A program made the position numbers and the translations under genes. Below the pieces are notes generated by a model. That model was given only the letters and a program-made list of their open reading frames with translations. It had not been told where the DNA came from and searched no databases. A stretch of 63,487 nucleotides of DNA, counting the filler, from Rhabdomonas costata (lineage: Eukaryota), in assembly GCA_019059605.1 (NCBI GenBank). It is 21 parts of 21 records of this genome, joined end to end, with 100 filler letters (N's around TTAATTAATTAA, not from the genome) between each part and the next. Parts side by side here need not be neighbours in the genome. Positions count along the whole stretch, not along the records: positions 36,420 to 39,340 come from JAHMHO010001732.1; positions 39,441 to 42,358 come from JAHMHO010001733.1; positions 42,459 to 45,371 come from JAHMHO010001734.1; positions 45,472 to 48,391 come from JAHMHO010001735.1; positions 48,492 to 51,412 come from JAHMHO010001736.1; 16 more parts are not named here. One strand, given 5' to 3'. Below, piece after piece: positions 36,621 through 48,713 of the stretch (position 1 is its first letter; each line of letters begins with the position of its first letter).

Positions 36621-39340
36621 ATGACTGAGTTATCAACCACCCTGCTCGAAAAGTTTGTGACGTGTGCGAACAAAGCCGATGTGTTGAAAGAGGTGCCCCC
36701 GCACTCACCGCTCTTTCGCTTCATTGAGCTGATCATTGCTTTCAATGACCCCACCGCCGATCGGGCGGCGCTGGAGAAAAACGTCAAGCACTTCGTCGGG
36801 AGTGGGGCTAAAAGCGGGCACAAGGAGTACGTCCAGTTGCGCATGCTCCTGGACCAGCTGAGCGCTGCCAAAGGAAACCCGGAGGAAGTTAAGCGACTTG
36901 CAGGTGAGCTCAACCGCAAGTATCTCCATTACGAGTTTGACGCCGTTAACCCGTTTCAGACCGAGTTCCGCAGCGATTTGCATCGAACGGATGGTGGCGC
37001 GCCTACCAGCACTCTCTCGGAAAGTGACAGACGGTCGCTGACCTTGGAAGCCGCCTTGGAGAAGGTGTACGAGGATGCTGATTGGAGTCATCTGAATCTC
37101 AAGTACCTGAAACATGTGGACTTGAAGCGGTTGGATTTCAGCCAGCACTTTGACCTGGTGACAACCATTCTGCTAAACACACCGAGGGTCAGCAGCATGG
37201 CCAACGTTGTGGCCTTTCTGCAGAAACTCATGGAGCAATCCCGTGGCGTTGACTTTGTGCATCTCCAGCTGTGGAGTAAGCTCTCGCTCCAGAACAAGGA
37301 GGCTCTGCTCGCCAAAAACACTCCGCTTGGGCACAAGCCTGAGCTTTGGATTGATCTTGTCAACCACAAGTTCGATCTGCAGCGCCTTGCTACCACCACT
37401 GAAAATGTTGGCGAGCTTATTCCTGACCTGGAGAAGGTTTCGGAGTTTGTGAAGAAGATGCCAGCCAAGTTTGTTCATTTCCGCCGCGTCATTCACCTCA
37501 AGCTTCTGGACGAAAAAGTCAAGCTGGGCATTGCCGACAAGAAGACGCTGCTGGAATACCTGAAGGACCCTGTAGCAGATGACACCGTCGTAATCAACCA
37601 ACAATTTAGCAATCAGCTACTGCAGCAGCGCCAAGGAAACAAGGAGCATCTCCAGGCGCTACCCTTCTTCAGCCTTCAGGAAGGAGGTATTGTACGGAAG
37701 GCTTTGCTTCAGGTTCTGCGTGGTGCTGGGGACTACAAGGACTTTGAGGATTACGTCGACCCCCGGGTTCTCGCGAAGATATTCTATGAGCAGAAGCTGC
37801 TGAACGGCGAGGAGGCTGCCGATGCCAAGGACCACCTCACGGAAGAGGAAATGCAGAAGTTGTTTGCCGAAAAACGGCTGCGGTTCTTGGAGACAAACAA
37901 GCGCTGCTTCGGCAAAGAGGAGAAGGTGGAAGTCGGGGTTGAAGTCAAGAACATTTCTCGCCTGACAGTTCGACAGTTTGAAGTCAACACTCTGAGCTAT
38001 CTTTTGGACAAAGGCGATGAGGTGTTTGAGCAGATCGACACCTCCGGGCTGATCCCCTTGTCCGAACAGGAATACCGATACTCGCAAAGCGCGATGGTGG
38101 TCCACAGGGAGAATTTTGAGTTCCAGAGCATCCGCGACGTGAAGAAGGGGGTTTACATCATCGATTTCATTGGTGGGGACGTCAAAACCCGTGCGGTGAT
38201 CATCAAGGGTCAGCTGACGCTGGCGTACTGCAAAGCGGGTGGTCGTACGGCGGTGTTGCTCGATCAGGATGGGAACGTGTGCAAGGGAGATCGCACAGGA
38301 GTCTACATCAAAGGCACATTTTTCCCTGCCAGGGGATCCGATGGTCAGATACGCATTCCTGGTTCCGTTGGGGCTGACGAGTGGAAGGTTGTTGCCGTTC
38401 ACGATGGCTTCGCCACCCTCTGCCAGTTACAGCTGAAGGATCCCAACCCTGTCCTCAAACTCAACGTGCTGTATAACAGCGAGACTTTTCAGCCTGGGAA
38501 TACGGTGGTGTTTGTGCTGGAACCGAAATTGGAGCTCTTCGGTCGTACTGCAGACCCCAGCCTGTTACAAAAGGTGTGTGTAAGGGTTGCCACCACGAAC
38601 GAGCAGGGTGTTTCCAACAGCACTTCCTTTCCCGGGCTCCAGGTGAATCGGGACTCCGACCTCACGGTGTCACTCATCTTCCCACCCAAAGTTAGAGCTG
38701 TGAACGTCGAGATGAGCGCAGAATATGGCGAGGACGAGCAGGACAAGAAGACCCTCACAGCTACCAAGACGCTCACGATCTCTTCGGACTCCCAAGACAA
38801 TGTTCAATCTTTCCTGGTGCAGAAGCATGCTGGCGCTAACCTCAGATTCTCGGTGGTCGGGCGCAACGGAGAGCCCAGGCGCAACCAGGTGGTCAATGTC
38901 ATGGTTGGCCTGAAGTTTCTCAACAACGCTAAGACCTTCACCCTGGTATCGGACGAGCACGGCAACATTGAACTGGATGCTATTAAAGATATTAGCTTCG
39001 TGGAAGTGACTTCTGGAGCAGCGCTGGCGGTGTATAATCCAACTGAGGACCTGCAGATAGCCTACCCGGACACGGTTGACCTCAAAGAAGGCGAGGAATT
39101 CACCCTTCCCTTCAACGCTCCGATCGACGCAGTCTGCTTCACCCAGGTGAGGAACGATGCCATTGTCCGGGAATTCGCGCCCAACGAACTGAAGCGCGAT
39201 GGCTGCACTTTAACTCTCCCTGCCTTGCAGGAGGGCACTTACCACTTGGAAGCTGACGAAAGGCGGGTCGTTTTCCGTGTTCACAAGGGGGAATATCTTG
39301 ATGGGAAGCGGCTTCTGAAGACAAGGGATTCCCCACAAAC
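36621..39340 (+). CDS. Large intronless uncharacterised protein (>900 aa, 3' truncated) with a helical N-half and an alpha-2-macroglobulin-like beta-rich C-half
   Basis: 973-codon open frame. Likely start MTELSTT at 36621, 9 nt after a pyrimidine-rich AG. Motifs include KNISRLTVRQFEVN, GVYIIDFIGG..RAVIIKG, FQPGNTV, VGRNGEP and SDEHGNIEL. Confidence 0.85.
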
Positions 39341-41578
39341 NNNNNNNNNNNNNNNNNNNNNNNNNNNNNNNNNNNNNNNNNNNNTTAATTAATTAANNNN
39401 NNNNNNNNNNNNNNNNNNNNNNNNNNNNNNNNNNNNNNNNGTTTGGGGGGGGTGTGTGTGTGTGTTGCGGGTGGTAACTTGGGACTGGTACCCGTTTGAC
39501 GCCAAAAAACCTAGCCCGGGTTGAATGCCTACAAAAACACTATTTGACAAGTTTTTGAATGACTCTGCACCTGTAATGTTAAATTCCGGAACAGAGTCTC
39601 GTGGAGTTGAACCTTACAGTTGACTGTGGGGAAGGAATCTTGCTTCTTGACCTTGCATGATCCTGGAGGAGCAAAGCGGAGCGCAGCGGAGTGACCCAAA
39701 ATATCCTGGAATCATCTGCTTCGAATCGCAGGGACGGAGCATTGCTCCACCAAGCAAAGAGTCCTTTTTCAGAACCGGGAACCTGAAAGGACATCAGTGC
39801 GATTGGTTTGTGTTCTGGTCCTTACAGGAGTCAGATTTTCTTGTTGGACTTGGGCACACAAAGTGAACCCTGCCATGGGTCAACCCAACATGGGTGGTCA
39901 CAACCCAACATAGATGAAGTTTGATGAAGAAAATCCAAAAGATGAACATATCCTGGGTAGCCAGGTTTAGGGAGTCCCAGTCAGCAAACTGAGGCGCTGG
40001 TGAAAAGAGAACGGAAGAAATGGAAGGTGTTTCTGAATTAGCAAACAAATGAGGGCCCATCATTGAGGCAATCAGCGATCGTTTGCAGTACACCCGCCAG
40101 CCGAATCCAGCCACGTGGACCACACGTGGAGCACAGAAGACAGTGCACTACCAGAAGGCGCTCACCACGCTGTCTTTGAAGCACCCGTGCCTCCTTGTGC
40201 AAGGCCTCAGCGTTCACCGTGTGGGGTTTTCTGACGAAAGCCGATAAAATATGTGCCCCACCTAAGGCCCTGTGGAAGTTGGGGAACGAGGGGAGTCGTT
40301 ACGGTTGAAAAAAAAAGAGTAAACTGACTCCGTTATGCTGAACTTAGTGGGAAAGTGTCAGTGTGACTTTAGGGGTGTATGTAGTTTTTGGCAATTCTCC
40401 CTAGATTCTCCCTAGATGAGTGCTTTTTTTGGCAGCTCAAATTACTGCTGGCTAAGGACTAGCCAATGGCTGGGATGTGGGCGGACGAAAATGACAGCGT
40501 AAGTTTGGGTGGGGGGCGCGGAGCCCAGTCCGCGGCGCCGCCGGCGCGGGCGGGAACATTACCTAGGCCCTTTGGCAATTTTTTGAAAGCTGCCTTTGAA
40601 AAGACTGAACTCCCCCCCTTCCCCCGCACCGTCCTGAGTGCCGTTCCAGTCCGTCGGAGGACAGCATTACACGCGCAATGTGGTCGGCGCATGCCAGCAC
40701 TTCAGTCAAGTAGTCCAGGGGAGTGAAGGGTGCAACGTATGTTGCCTTTGGTTGTCCCCTTGTCTTTGCGACTGGGCGCCGAAGCTGTGGCAGCAACCAC
40801 AGCTGCCCGCTGGGGCTGACTGCGGGCAACGTGGGTGTGGTGTGCACCATGGCCGGAGTGCGGCCCGTCGGAATGCTGCGTTGGTATCCGGAGCTGGGGT
40901 GAGGTGGTGGTTGGTGGGACCTTCAGAATACCCTCACCAGGGTCAGGACGAATTTAACGTCCAAAAAGAAACGTCGAAGCAATCAAGCACCCTAGTCCTG
41001 AGCAGGTCTTTTGACCAAACCACTGAGAGAGAGATAAGCTGCGGGGAAGTTTCGAGCCCAGGAATGCGTGCTGTTTCCTGTTGGGACCCCGCGCCCGCTG
41101 CATTCCAAGGATGAGAGGGAAAGTCGAATTTGGGGGCATTTTCAAGGCCTCATGTGCAGGTTTGTTGTGACTGATGACGTCCCCTTTTGCTCTCTATGGC
41201 GCGTGCATTTGAGTGGAAACTCGAGTATCCACCACTCTAAAAAGAGAGAGAGAGAGTGGCTTGTGTGCCCACGGTGTCTCCCCACACCACACCTGCTGCC
41301 CATACGCACGCACACATGCTCACACAGACGTTTAGCCTCTTGTCTCGCAACCTCTGGTCCTATCTGGCTCTAGTCATTCTTCTTTCTACCAGTGGTTGGA
41401 CTTTCTACCGTGCCCCTTGCCCCCCCACTTTATTTGCCTCTGTTGATGCTGCCCCACCTCAACCGGCTTGTTCACTACTGCACGGTTCGTTTCAATTGTT
41501 TCAACTCCGTTTCCGTTTTTATGATGAAAGAGAGAATATTATCCGCTGCCCTTTGCTTTTCCAGCTGCCTCTGTAGCA

Positions 41579-42358
41579 ATGAAAATGCAAGAGCTTCCTG
41601 AGAGTGTTCACGTCAGCATCTTTCGCTTCTTGAGGCTGAGGCAGCAGTTAAGCTTGCGGCTGGTGCGTAAAAAGTTTCAGGAGCTGGTTGATGAGTTTCT
41701 TGCTCCAGAATGGAATATTGCCTTCCACCTTGCAGACCCTGAGCTTGTCAAAGACCGTGCCAAAGCGCAGAGTGCTCGTGTTAGTCTGCGGCTGGGTTGC
41801 CGTGCTGCGAATATTTCAGTGAAAGGCAAGGAACTCCTGGAGCTTTTGCTTGAAGTTGATGATGCTGAAGGTACACAGTCCCCCTTTCCCAACCTCACGT
41901 CCTTGGATGTGCACGGCAGCCGGATCGGGGATGCGGGAATCCTGTCTCTTGCTGCTTTTCGATTCTTCCCGAAGTTAAGGTCGTTGAATTTGGAAAGCAG
42001 CATGATCAGGGCTCCCGGACTGCAAGCCCTTGCTACGTCTCCATTGTGTGCTTGCATCACTTCCCTGAATTTGGGCAGCAATCAATTGGAAGCTGCCGAA
42101 GCGCAGTTGCTTGCTGCATCTCTTTTTCCCGAACTCACGTCCTTGAATATGATTGACAACTGGCTCGGTACAGCGGGTATGCAAGTGCTTTCTTCAACTC
42201 CTTCCTTTCCCAAACTCATGTCTTTAGATGTGCGTGGCAATCGAATCAGGGCGGCAGGATTAAAGGCGCTTGCCAACTCTCCTTTGTTTCCCAACCTGAC
42301 ATCACTGAAAGCTGCTGGAAATCACATTCAAGCAACCGGAGCAGCAGCGCTTGCGGCG
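41579..42358 (+). CDS. F-box plus leucine-rich repeat (RNI-like) protein, 3' truncated
   Basis: F-box LPESVHVSIFRFL...LSLRLVRKKFQELV, then ~28-aa repeats FPNLTSLDV.G.RIG..G...LA. Confidence 0.85.
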
Positions 42359-45300
42359 NNNNNNNNNNNNNNNNNNNNNNNNNNNNNNNNNNNNNNNNNN
42401 NNTTAATTAATTAANNNNNNNNNNNNNNNNNNNNNNNNNNNNNNNNNNNNNNNNNNNNGGTGGGGGGGTACCCCCGGGGGTCGGGTGCCACGGAAGGCAG
42501 CGGAGGCTCGCAGAGCGCCCGACTCTCTGAGGAAGCGGCCGAACACTCCTCTGTGACTGTTGGAGAGGTTAGAGACTACCCATCCCCCTCTCCCCAGCCC
42601 TATCCTTCACTCCTGGGTCACTCTTCCTCTTCATTTTCCTGCGAAAGCTGTGACACAAGCGACATAGCCATACCCATAGACATCGCTTCGGCTGGTTTTG
42701 AGGCTTATCCCTAATTCCTCTTCATTTCGATGTCACACTCATACGCGGTTGCGGGTTTGTATGAAAACGGCGAATTTCTTCCAGTTATTGAAAATGTAAT
42801 GAGACGCAATGGCCACACTTGTGCACATGTGTTTTTTTGCTGCGCTTACGTCCTTTGGTGACCACGTGTTTCTTGTGGGTCGTGTAGGGGTGCTGTTTGA
42901 CCTTCCTTCTAACGCTGCATGTAGGAAGTGGACTTGGGTTTGCTCAAACCGTCCACTCGCTCGGTACTCTTCAAAAGGGCGCAAAACACAGGGCACATAG
43001 GGAGAGATATTTGCCAAAAACGAGGTATTTTGCCAAAAACGAGATCTTTGCAGCTCGAAGGAATATGACTCTGCACCCACGCCGAACCACTGCACTTGCA
43101 TTGACGCGTGGGCTGTCGATAATCTTCGCTTTGAGTATTCTTTCGCCTGTATTGTGGTTGACATGCGGATGTCCTGGGTGTGCAGAAATAAGCACAGGGG
43201 GGGCTCCAATGGTGGGCTGTGTGGCGAGGCTGGAGCTCAGCCCACTTCCAGGAGGGGAGAGGTGCTGCTGAGGATGGGTTGGCGTACTATTGAGAAAAAA
43301 GATACACAGCGGGCGATCTCCCGAGGATAGAAAATTCAATGGAAGACAACAGCCTCATGCGCACGCGACCTCTCGTTGAGTGTACATTTTCTCATGTTTT
43401 TGGTGACAGCATCTTTTTGAAGGCCCGAGTATAGCTTTGTATTTGAATTGTAAAAACATTCCTTCCTACTTTGCTTGCACAACCAGCTGTTAGGTTGCTT
43501 AAACCACCATTATTTTCGGTCCTCTTCAAAATGACACAAAAAAGCAATCTAAGTGAATAATATGCAGCCCAAATCAATATGACTTCACACCCACGCGGGA
43601 CCTCCGCTGCTGCTCTGATGTGTGGGGTGTCAGCTGCTAGCGGTTGCAATCCTCGGCACGGTTTCGGGTCGTTTTATATCCTCTCATGTGAACTTGTGTC
43701 TTGCTCATATTGATGAGATCAAGAGATATCACGGGCAAGCGGATCCGTTTGAGGTACGTTTGTTTCCATTGTGACATGATACCTTTCGTCAGGTGGTCTC
43801 AATGCGGGACATGAAACAATAAATCTTCGCGACGAACACTGCGATGAGAGCATCTGTAACACAGGAACGAATCATAAAACCCTTCATGGGGCTTCCCAAC
43901 GATCGATGTCGCCACTTCTGTGCTCATTTCGCAAAGTCGCCGAAACTTGGCACGTATCATACAAATTAGGCGTTGACATTGCAGAGGAAAACTGGCGAGA
44001 CGGCGGAAGGGAATGCACCTTGCCGATAACAAACAGCAGACAGCAATGCGGGAAGTGAAGGCGATAAAAACAGAATGGCAAAGTGCCATAATCTCTTGAC
44101 ACTGTTCTTTCTTTGATGGCTCGTTCGGAAGTTCCTGCGAACACGACATAGTACGTGATGCTGTGTTCGTTTGTGGCATTGTTGTTGGAAGAAGGCTCGG
44201 CAACTTAGCAAAATTCGGAAAGAATACAGCCTATCTTGGGTCCCAGTGAGCCTGTAATGGAAGAATGGAAGATCATTGGAGTACAGCAGACGAAAAGAAA
44301 GCCAAAACAAGCGTTGCGGCCATTACGGATGATGCCATTGGAACGGGAAGATCCCCAAACCTACTGCGATGAGGGATGGGAAGTTGAAGTGGAACTGGAC
44401 CTTGAGGTCCCACCCAACAATTGGGCAATGGGTCTGGAACACTTTAGGCAGGTAAAAATCGAGTACCCGGGGGAACAGGCGGGGGATTAACTTGTATTGT
44501 GAGAAAGCTGACTGATATGGACTGGAGTTGGGGTCGGGGCGACAATTGGGGCTACAATAGGGCCGACGCATGAAGTTTCGAGTCTGGGTCTTGAATTTTC
44601 TCGTGATTTGGACTACCCCGAGCACCACGCATGTGCTGTGGCGCTTGCACATGTCATGATCCAGAGGTCAGAGGGCTTGAATGGTAATGGACATGGGACA
44701 TGCACCACGAAAGGAAAACAGTAAAATAATCTGCTTCTTTCCACTGCTTCGAGAAAAGCCCCTGCCTACGTTGTGATTGGCAGAAACGCTTCCTGGCGCA
44801 GCTCCATTGCCTCAACTTTGATCGTCACAGCCCCCACCCCCAAACCCAAACCCACATGGCGCTTTTGAAAGCTGGTGGAAGAAGCCCTTTGCTGACCAAT
44901 ACTCATAAATCACCCATCGCCTTGGCGATGGGATCACAATTGTTTTTCATCGAGAAAACCAACAGGTGATAGTTTCAATGAAAAGACTATGGCGCAGATA
45001 GAATGCTGAGAGGGAGGGGGGATGCTCCCCCTAGGCGATCATTCGAGTGTTTGGAACGGGTCACTTGGCTGAAGAGATAAAAAATACATCCCATTGAACA
45101 GCTTTTTCTCCCCCATTCAGTCGGTACAGGGGAGGATGCTCCGAAGCGGGAATATGCCTTTTTCAGGCTGTCACACGTAACTTGGTGAGGTTGGGGCGAC
45201 GCCTATACCTCCACGACGGCATCTCTCTTGGGTCTGTACGATGGGATGGGCGTCCACAACCACAACGATTGATACGGGAAACGAGAGGGGGGGGGGCGTT

Positions 45301-46459
45301 AGACGTCTAACACACGCCCCTTCTGTTGGAGTCCCAGGGGACACGTGTGTCGCCTTCCTAACCCCACAAACNNNNNNNNNNNNNNNNNNNNNNNNNNNNN
45401 NNNNNNNNNNNNNNNTTAATTAATTAANNNNNNNNNNNNNNNNNNNNNNNNNNNNNNNNNNNNNNNNNNNNTGTGGGTGTGCACTAGGCTCTGCTGGCCC
45501 TGCTCCATGTGCTCTTTCACTCCAAATGGCTTATATGGCCATGGACCTTTTTATTTCATGAACTGTATCCTTTGGCATGGCAGTGCCGAAACCCGAACGC
45601 TTTTCCACTAAATAGCGATGTGGAGGGCACAAAATATTGAGTATTTATCTGTAGTAATGTCATCCGGTGCTTAGTAGAATTTGGGCGGTGTTTCTGAACT
45701 TGTGCGGACTCTGGAGTCCTATGATTTTGGACAAAGTGTCATGCATGACGGCGCGGTATCTACACAGCAGTGTCACAGAATTGAGGTTTTCTTGATCTGT
45801 TTTCTGTGATTTGTATTGCCAGCTCACCCTTCGTGTTTGTCATTCTTGAAATAAACCGTCCATAGCGATATTTGCGCTGGCACCGCTGTCGCAGCCTCGC
45901 TCTTACCTGTTCGGATATCGCCGGTGGGTAATCCTTGTCTGCAGTTCCGCATTATCAGTGATGAAGCGAGCGAGAAAAGCTCCAAGCCTGCAACTTTTCT
46001 GTATGGGTGTTACATCGTTTAACTAACTCACGCAGATGTTTTACCTTCGTCAAAAGGAGCGCAAAAACCAACACGTAACCAAAAAACCTTAACCAAAACG
46101 TAAAAAAAAACTCCTTAAAAGTCACAGAAAGCTGAAAAACCTCAGCCATGATATCGCACAAGTCGACCTGTGATTGCGTTGGGGATGACTCCCTAGACCC
46201 CGCGGCACGATGTATTCTTGCCAAAAAAAAATGATGTTTTTACTTTCATGCTCTCACTGTGAGCATTCTTTGTCGTTTCCAACGTGCTTTGATGTCTACG
46301 TTTAATTCCACCGAACAAACGTAAAGGACATCGTCACACAATCCTCTAACAATCCTGAACCGTTTTGGATCGTATTTTGTAGTATGATTGATTCGCTGTG
46401 AAGCAACCTTGGTCCTCAGAAAGCCGTCCCCCTGAAGTGACCTCCCGGTTTGTGCACAG

Positions 46460-48083
46460 TGATGTTTCTGTGGGGCACCCTCTCCTCCACCGCGGGGTTC
46501 GGCTCCCGCGCCGGGCATTGCACGGCCGTGCTGAACGACCAGCTCTTTGTGGTCGGGGGCTACACGCAGGCGAACATCCTCACCTCCCCAACGGCGGACG
46601 TGTGGACCAGCCGGGATGCCATATCCTGGACCCGGGCCACCACCTCCGCAGGGTTCACCGCGCGGTTCTGGCACAGCTGTGTGGTGCTGAGTTCCCAGCT
46701 GCTAGTGATCGCAGGGGTGGGCTCGAACATCCAGCCCTGCGGCGATGTCTGGGGCACCACCACAGGCACGAGCTGGAGCCAGCTCACCAGCGCGGGCACC
46801 GGGGGGTTCTCCCCGCGACTCCTGCGGGGTTCTCCCCGCGACTCCTGCACAGCTCGGTGACCTATCTGGGGAAGGTGTGGGTGATCGCGGGGCTAGATGC
46901 CTCAGGATATCTGCGGGAAGTGTGTTGCAGCAGCACTGGCGTGTCAGGGAGCTGGGGCCTAGTCTCCCCTGTGGGCACTACGTTCGCGTACCGGATGGGC
47001 GCAGGGCTGGCGGTGTTCAGCGGCTGGATGTGGCTCATTGCCGGGGGCAGACTGCAACTTCCCGGGCTGTCCGCCTCAGCCACAACTTTCCAAGACGTGC
47101 GTGCGTGCTTGCGTGCGTGTGTTTGTGTGTGTCTGCGGAGGGCGTTTTTATTTTTCTGAGCTTTGAGCGGGATTTCTGGCAGAGTTCGTGGTGCTTAGTT
47201 TGGTTCGGTGGGGGGACACTGCAACTTCCTTGGCTGTTCTCCTCGGCGCCTACTACTTTTCAAGACGTACGTGTGTGTGTGTGTGTGTCCGGAGAGCTTC
47301 TTTTTTGCTTATGGCAGACACACTTGCAGAGTTCGTGGTGCTTAGTCTGGAGGTTGAGGGAAAAGACATGCCTACTTCTTGTTTTCGGGAGGGCGGGGGG
47401 CTGAAAACCAGTGCACCTAACCCCATTTGCTAAAATCAAATGCATGTAGTGAACAAAGAGGCCAAATCTACCTCCTGTGCACTAATATTAAAAATGCCAG
47501 AAAAGACGATCGCCTCAGTCCTTGGCAGTGCAAAACGGAGCATCGTCTCCCTCAAGAAATCCCAGCAGAACGACCCGGTACCGCAGCGCCGTGGACGGCC
47601 CTCACCGCCCCCAAAATAGACCTGTCCCATTCTCCGACAAAGCCAAGCAAGAATATGTGATTGCGCCCCAAAAACGAATAGCCGCTAGGCATCAGTATGA
47701 ATCAAAATTTACTTGACTACAGGTTCTGCTGAGGGAATTGTCATGTATGGATTCGGGCTGACCCGCCCTCTCACAGGTCTGGTGCACCCAGGATGGGGCG
47801 ACCTGGACCTTGGTGACCTCCTCGCCGCCCTTCTCTGGGCGGGGCTTCCATTCCCTTGTGGCCTTCCGGGGTATGCTGTGGCTGCTTAGGGGGCCACGAC
47901 GCAGACAGTGGGGGGCTCTCTGATGCGTGGACCACTACCGATGGGGTGAACTGGAAGGCCCAGCCCGCTTTGCCCGGGCCCACTTCGGAGTCCATCGCGG
48001 TGGAGTTCCGGAGCCGCCTGGTCATCAGCGGGGGAAGCTCGACTTGTTCGTCGTACGACACCCACACTCTGATCGGCGCTTTG
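46460..48083 (+). pseudogene. Kelch-like beta-propeller gene with two frameshifts; exons ~46460-47095 and 47777-48083
   Basis: Repeats F..R..H...V....L.V.GG....DVW.S.DG..W. The frame is broken by a 23-nt tandem duplication (46803-46848) and an extra base near 47885. Confidence 0.7.
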
Positions 48084-48713
48084 GTGTACGCCCTCGGTTT
48101 GTGTGTTATGTGTCTGTGCGTGTTTCCCAAAAAAAATAGATGTTTTTTGGTTTGTGTGTTATGGCCGAAGCATTCCGGCCCACTCCGGTGCCAGCACGAA
48201 GAATCCTGGGCTCTACCCTTAGGGATACTAAGCAGGCCCGGCCGAAAGCTTAGGCTCCGTACGCAGGCCTGCAAAGGGCCAAAAAGGGCCCTTGCAAGCC
48301 TGTGTGAAGGCTAGAAGGGCTCAAAAATACCCCAAAATGGCCCTGAAATGGCCTCTAGCGTGGCTCTAAACCGAAGCATTCCGGCCCACTCNNNNNNNNN
48401 NNNNNNNNNNNNNNNNNNNNNNNNNNNNNNNNNNNTTAATTAATTAANNNNNNNNNNNNNNNNNNNNNNNNNNNNNNNNNNNNNNNNNNNNCGTGGTCGC
48501 ATCAACGCAGTAAATGTGAAAGAGGCTTCTAGGAGGGGGCGAACAAAGAAAACAGGCGGCCGGAGGCGCAGGGAATGGCAGAAAAGGGGGGCCAAAAAAG
48601 GCCTACATGGGACCGTTTCTTTTCCCGGTCTCGATATCTTCTCCCTGTCTGACACCCAAACCACAACAACGCGCTCAAAAGAAACATACACCGACACACA
48701 GCGGTGCACAGAC

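Noticed and set aside
48371-48391. 21-nt direct repeat of 48165-48185
   Set aside because: It terminates the contig and is k-mer sized, so it is uninformative.
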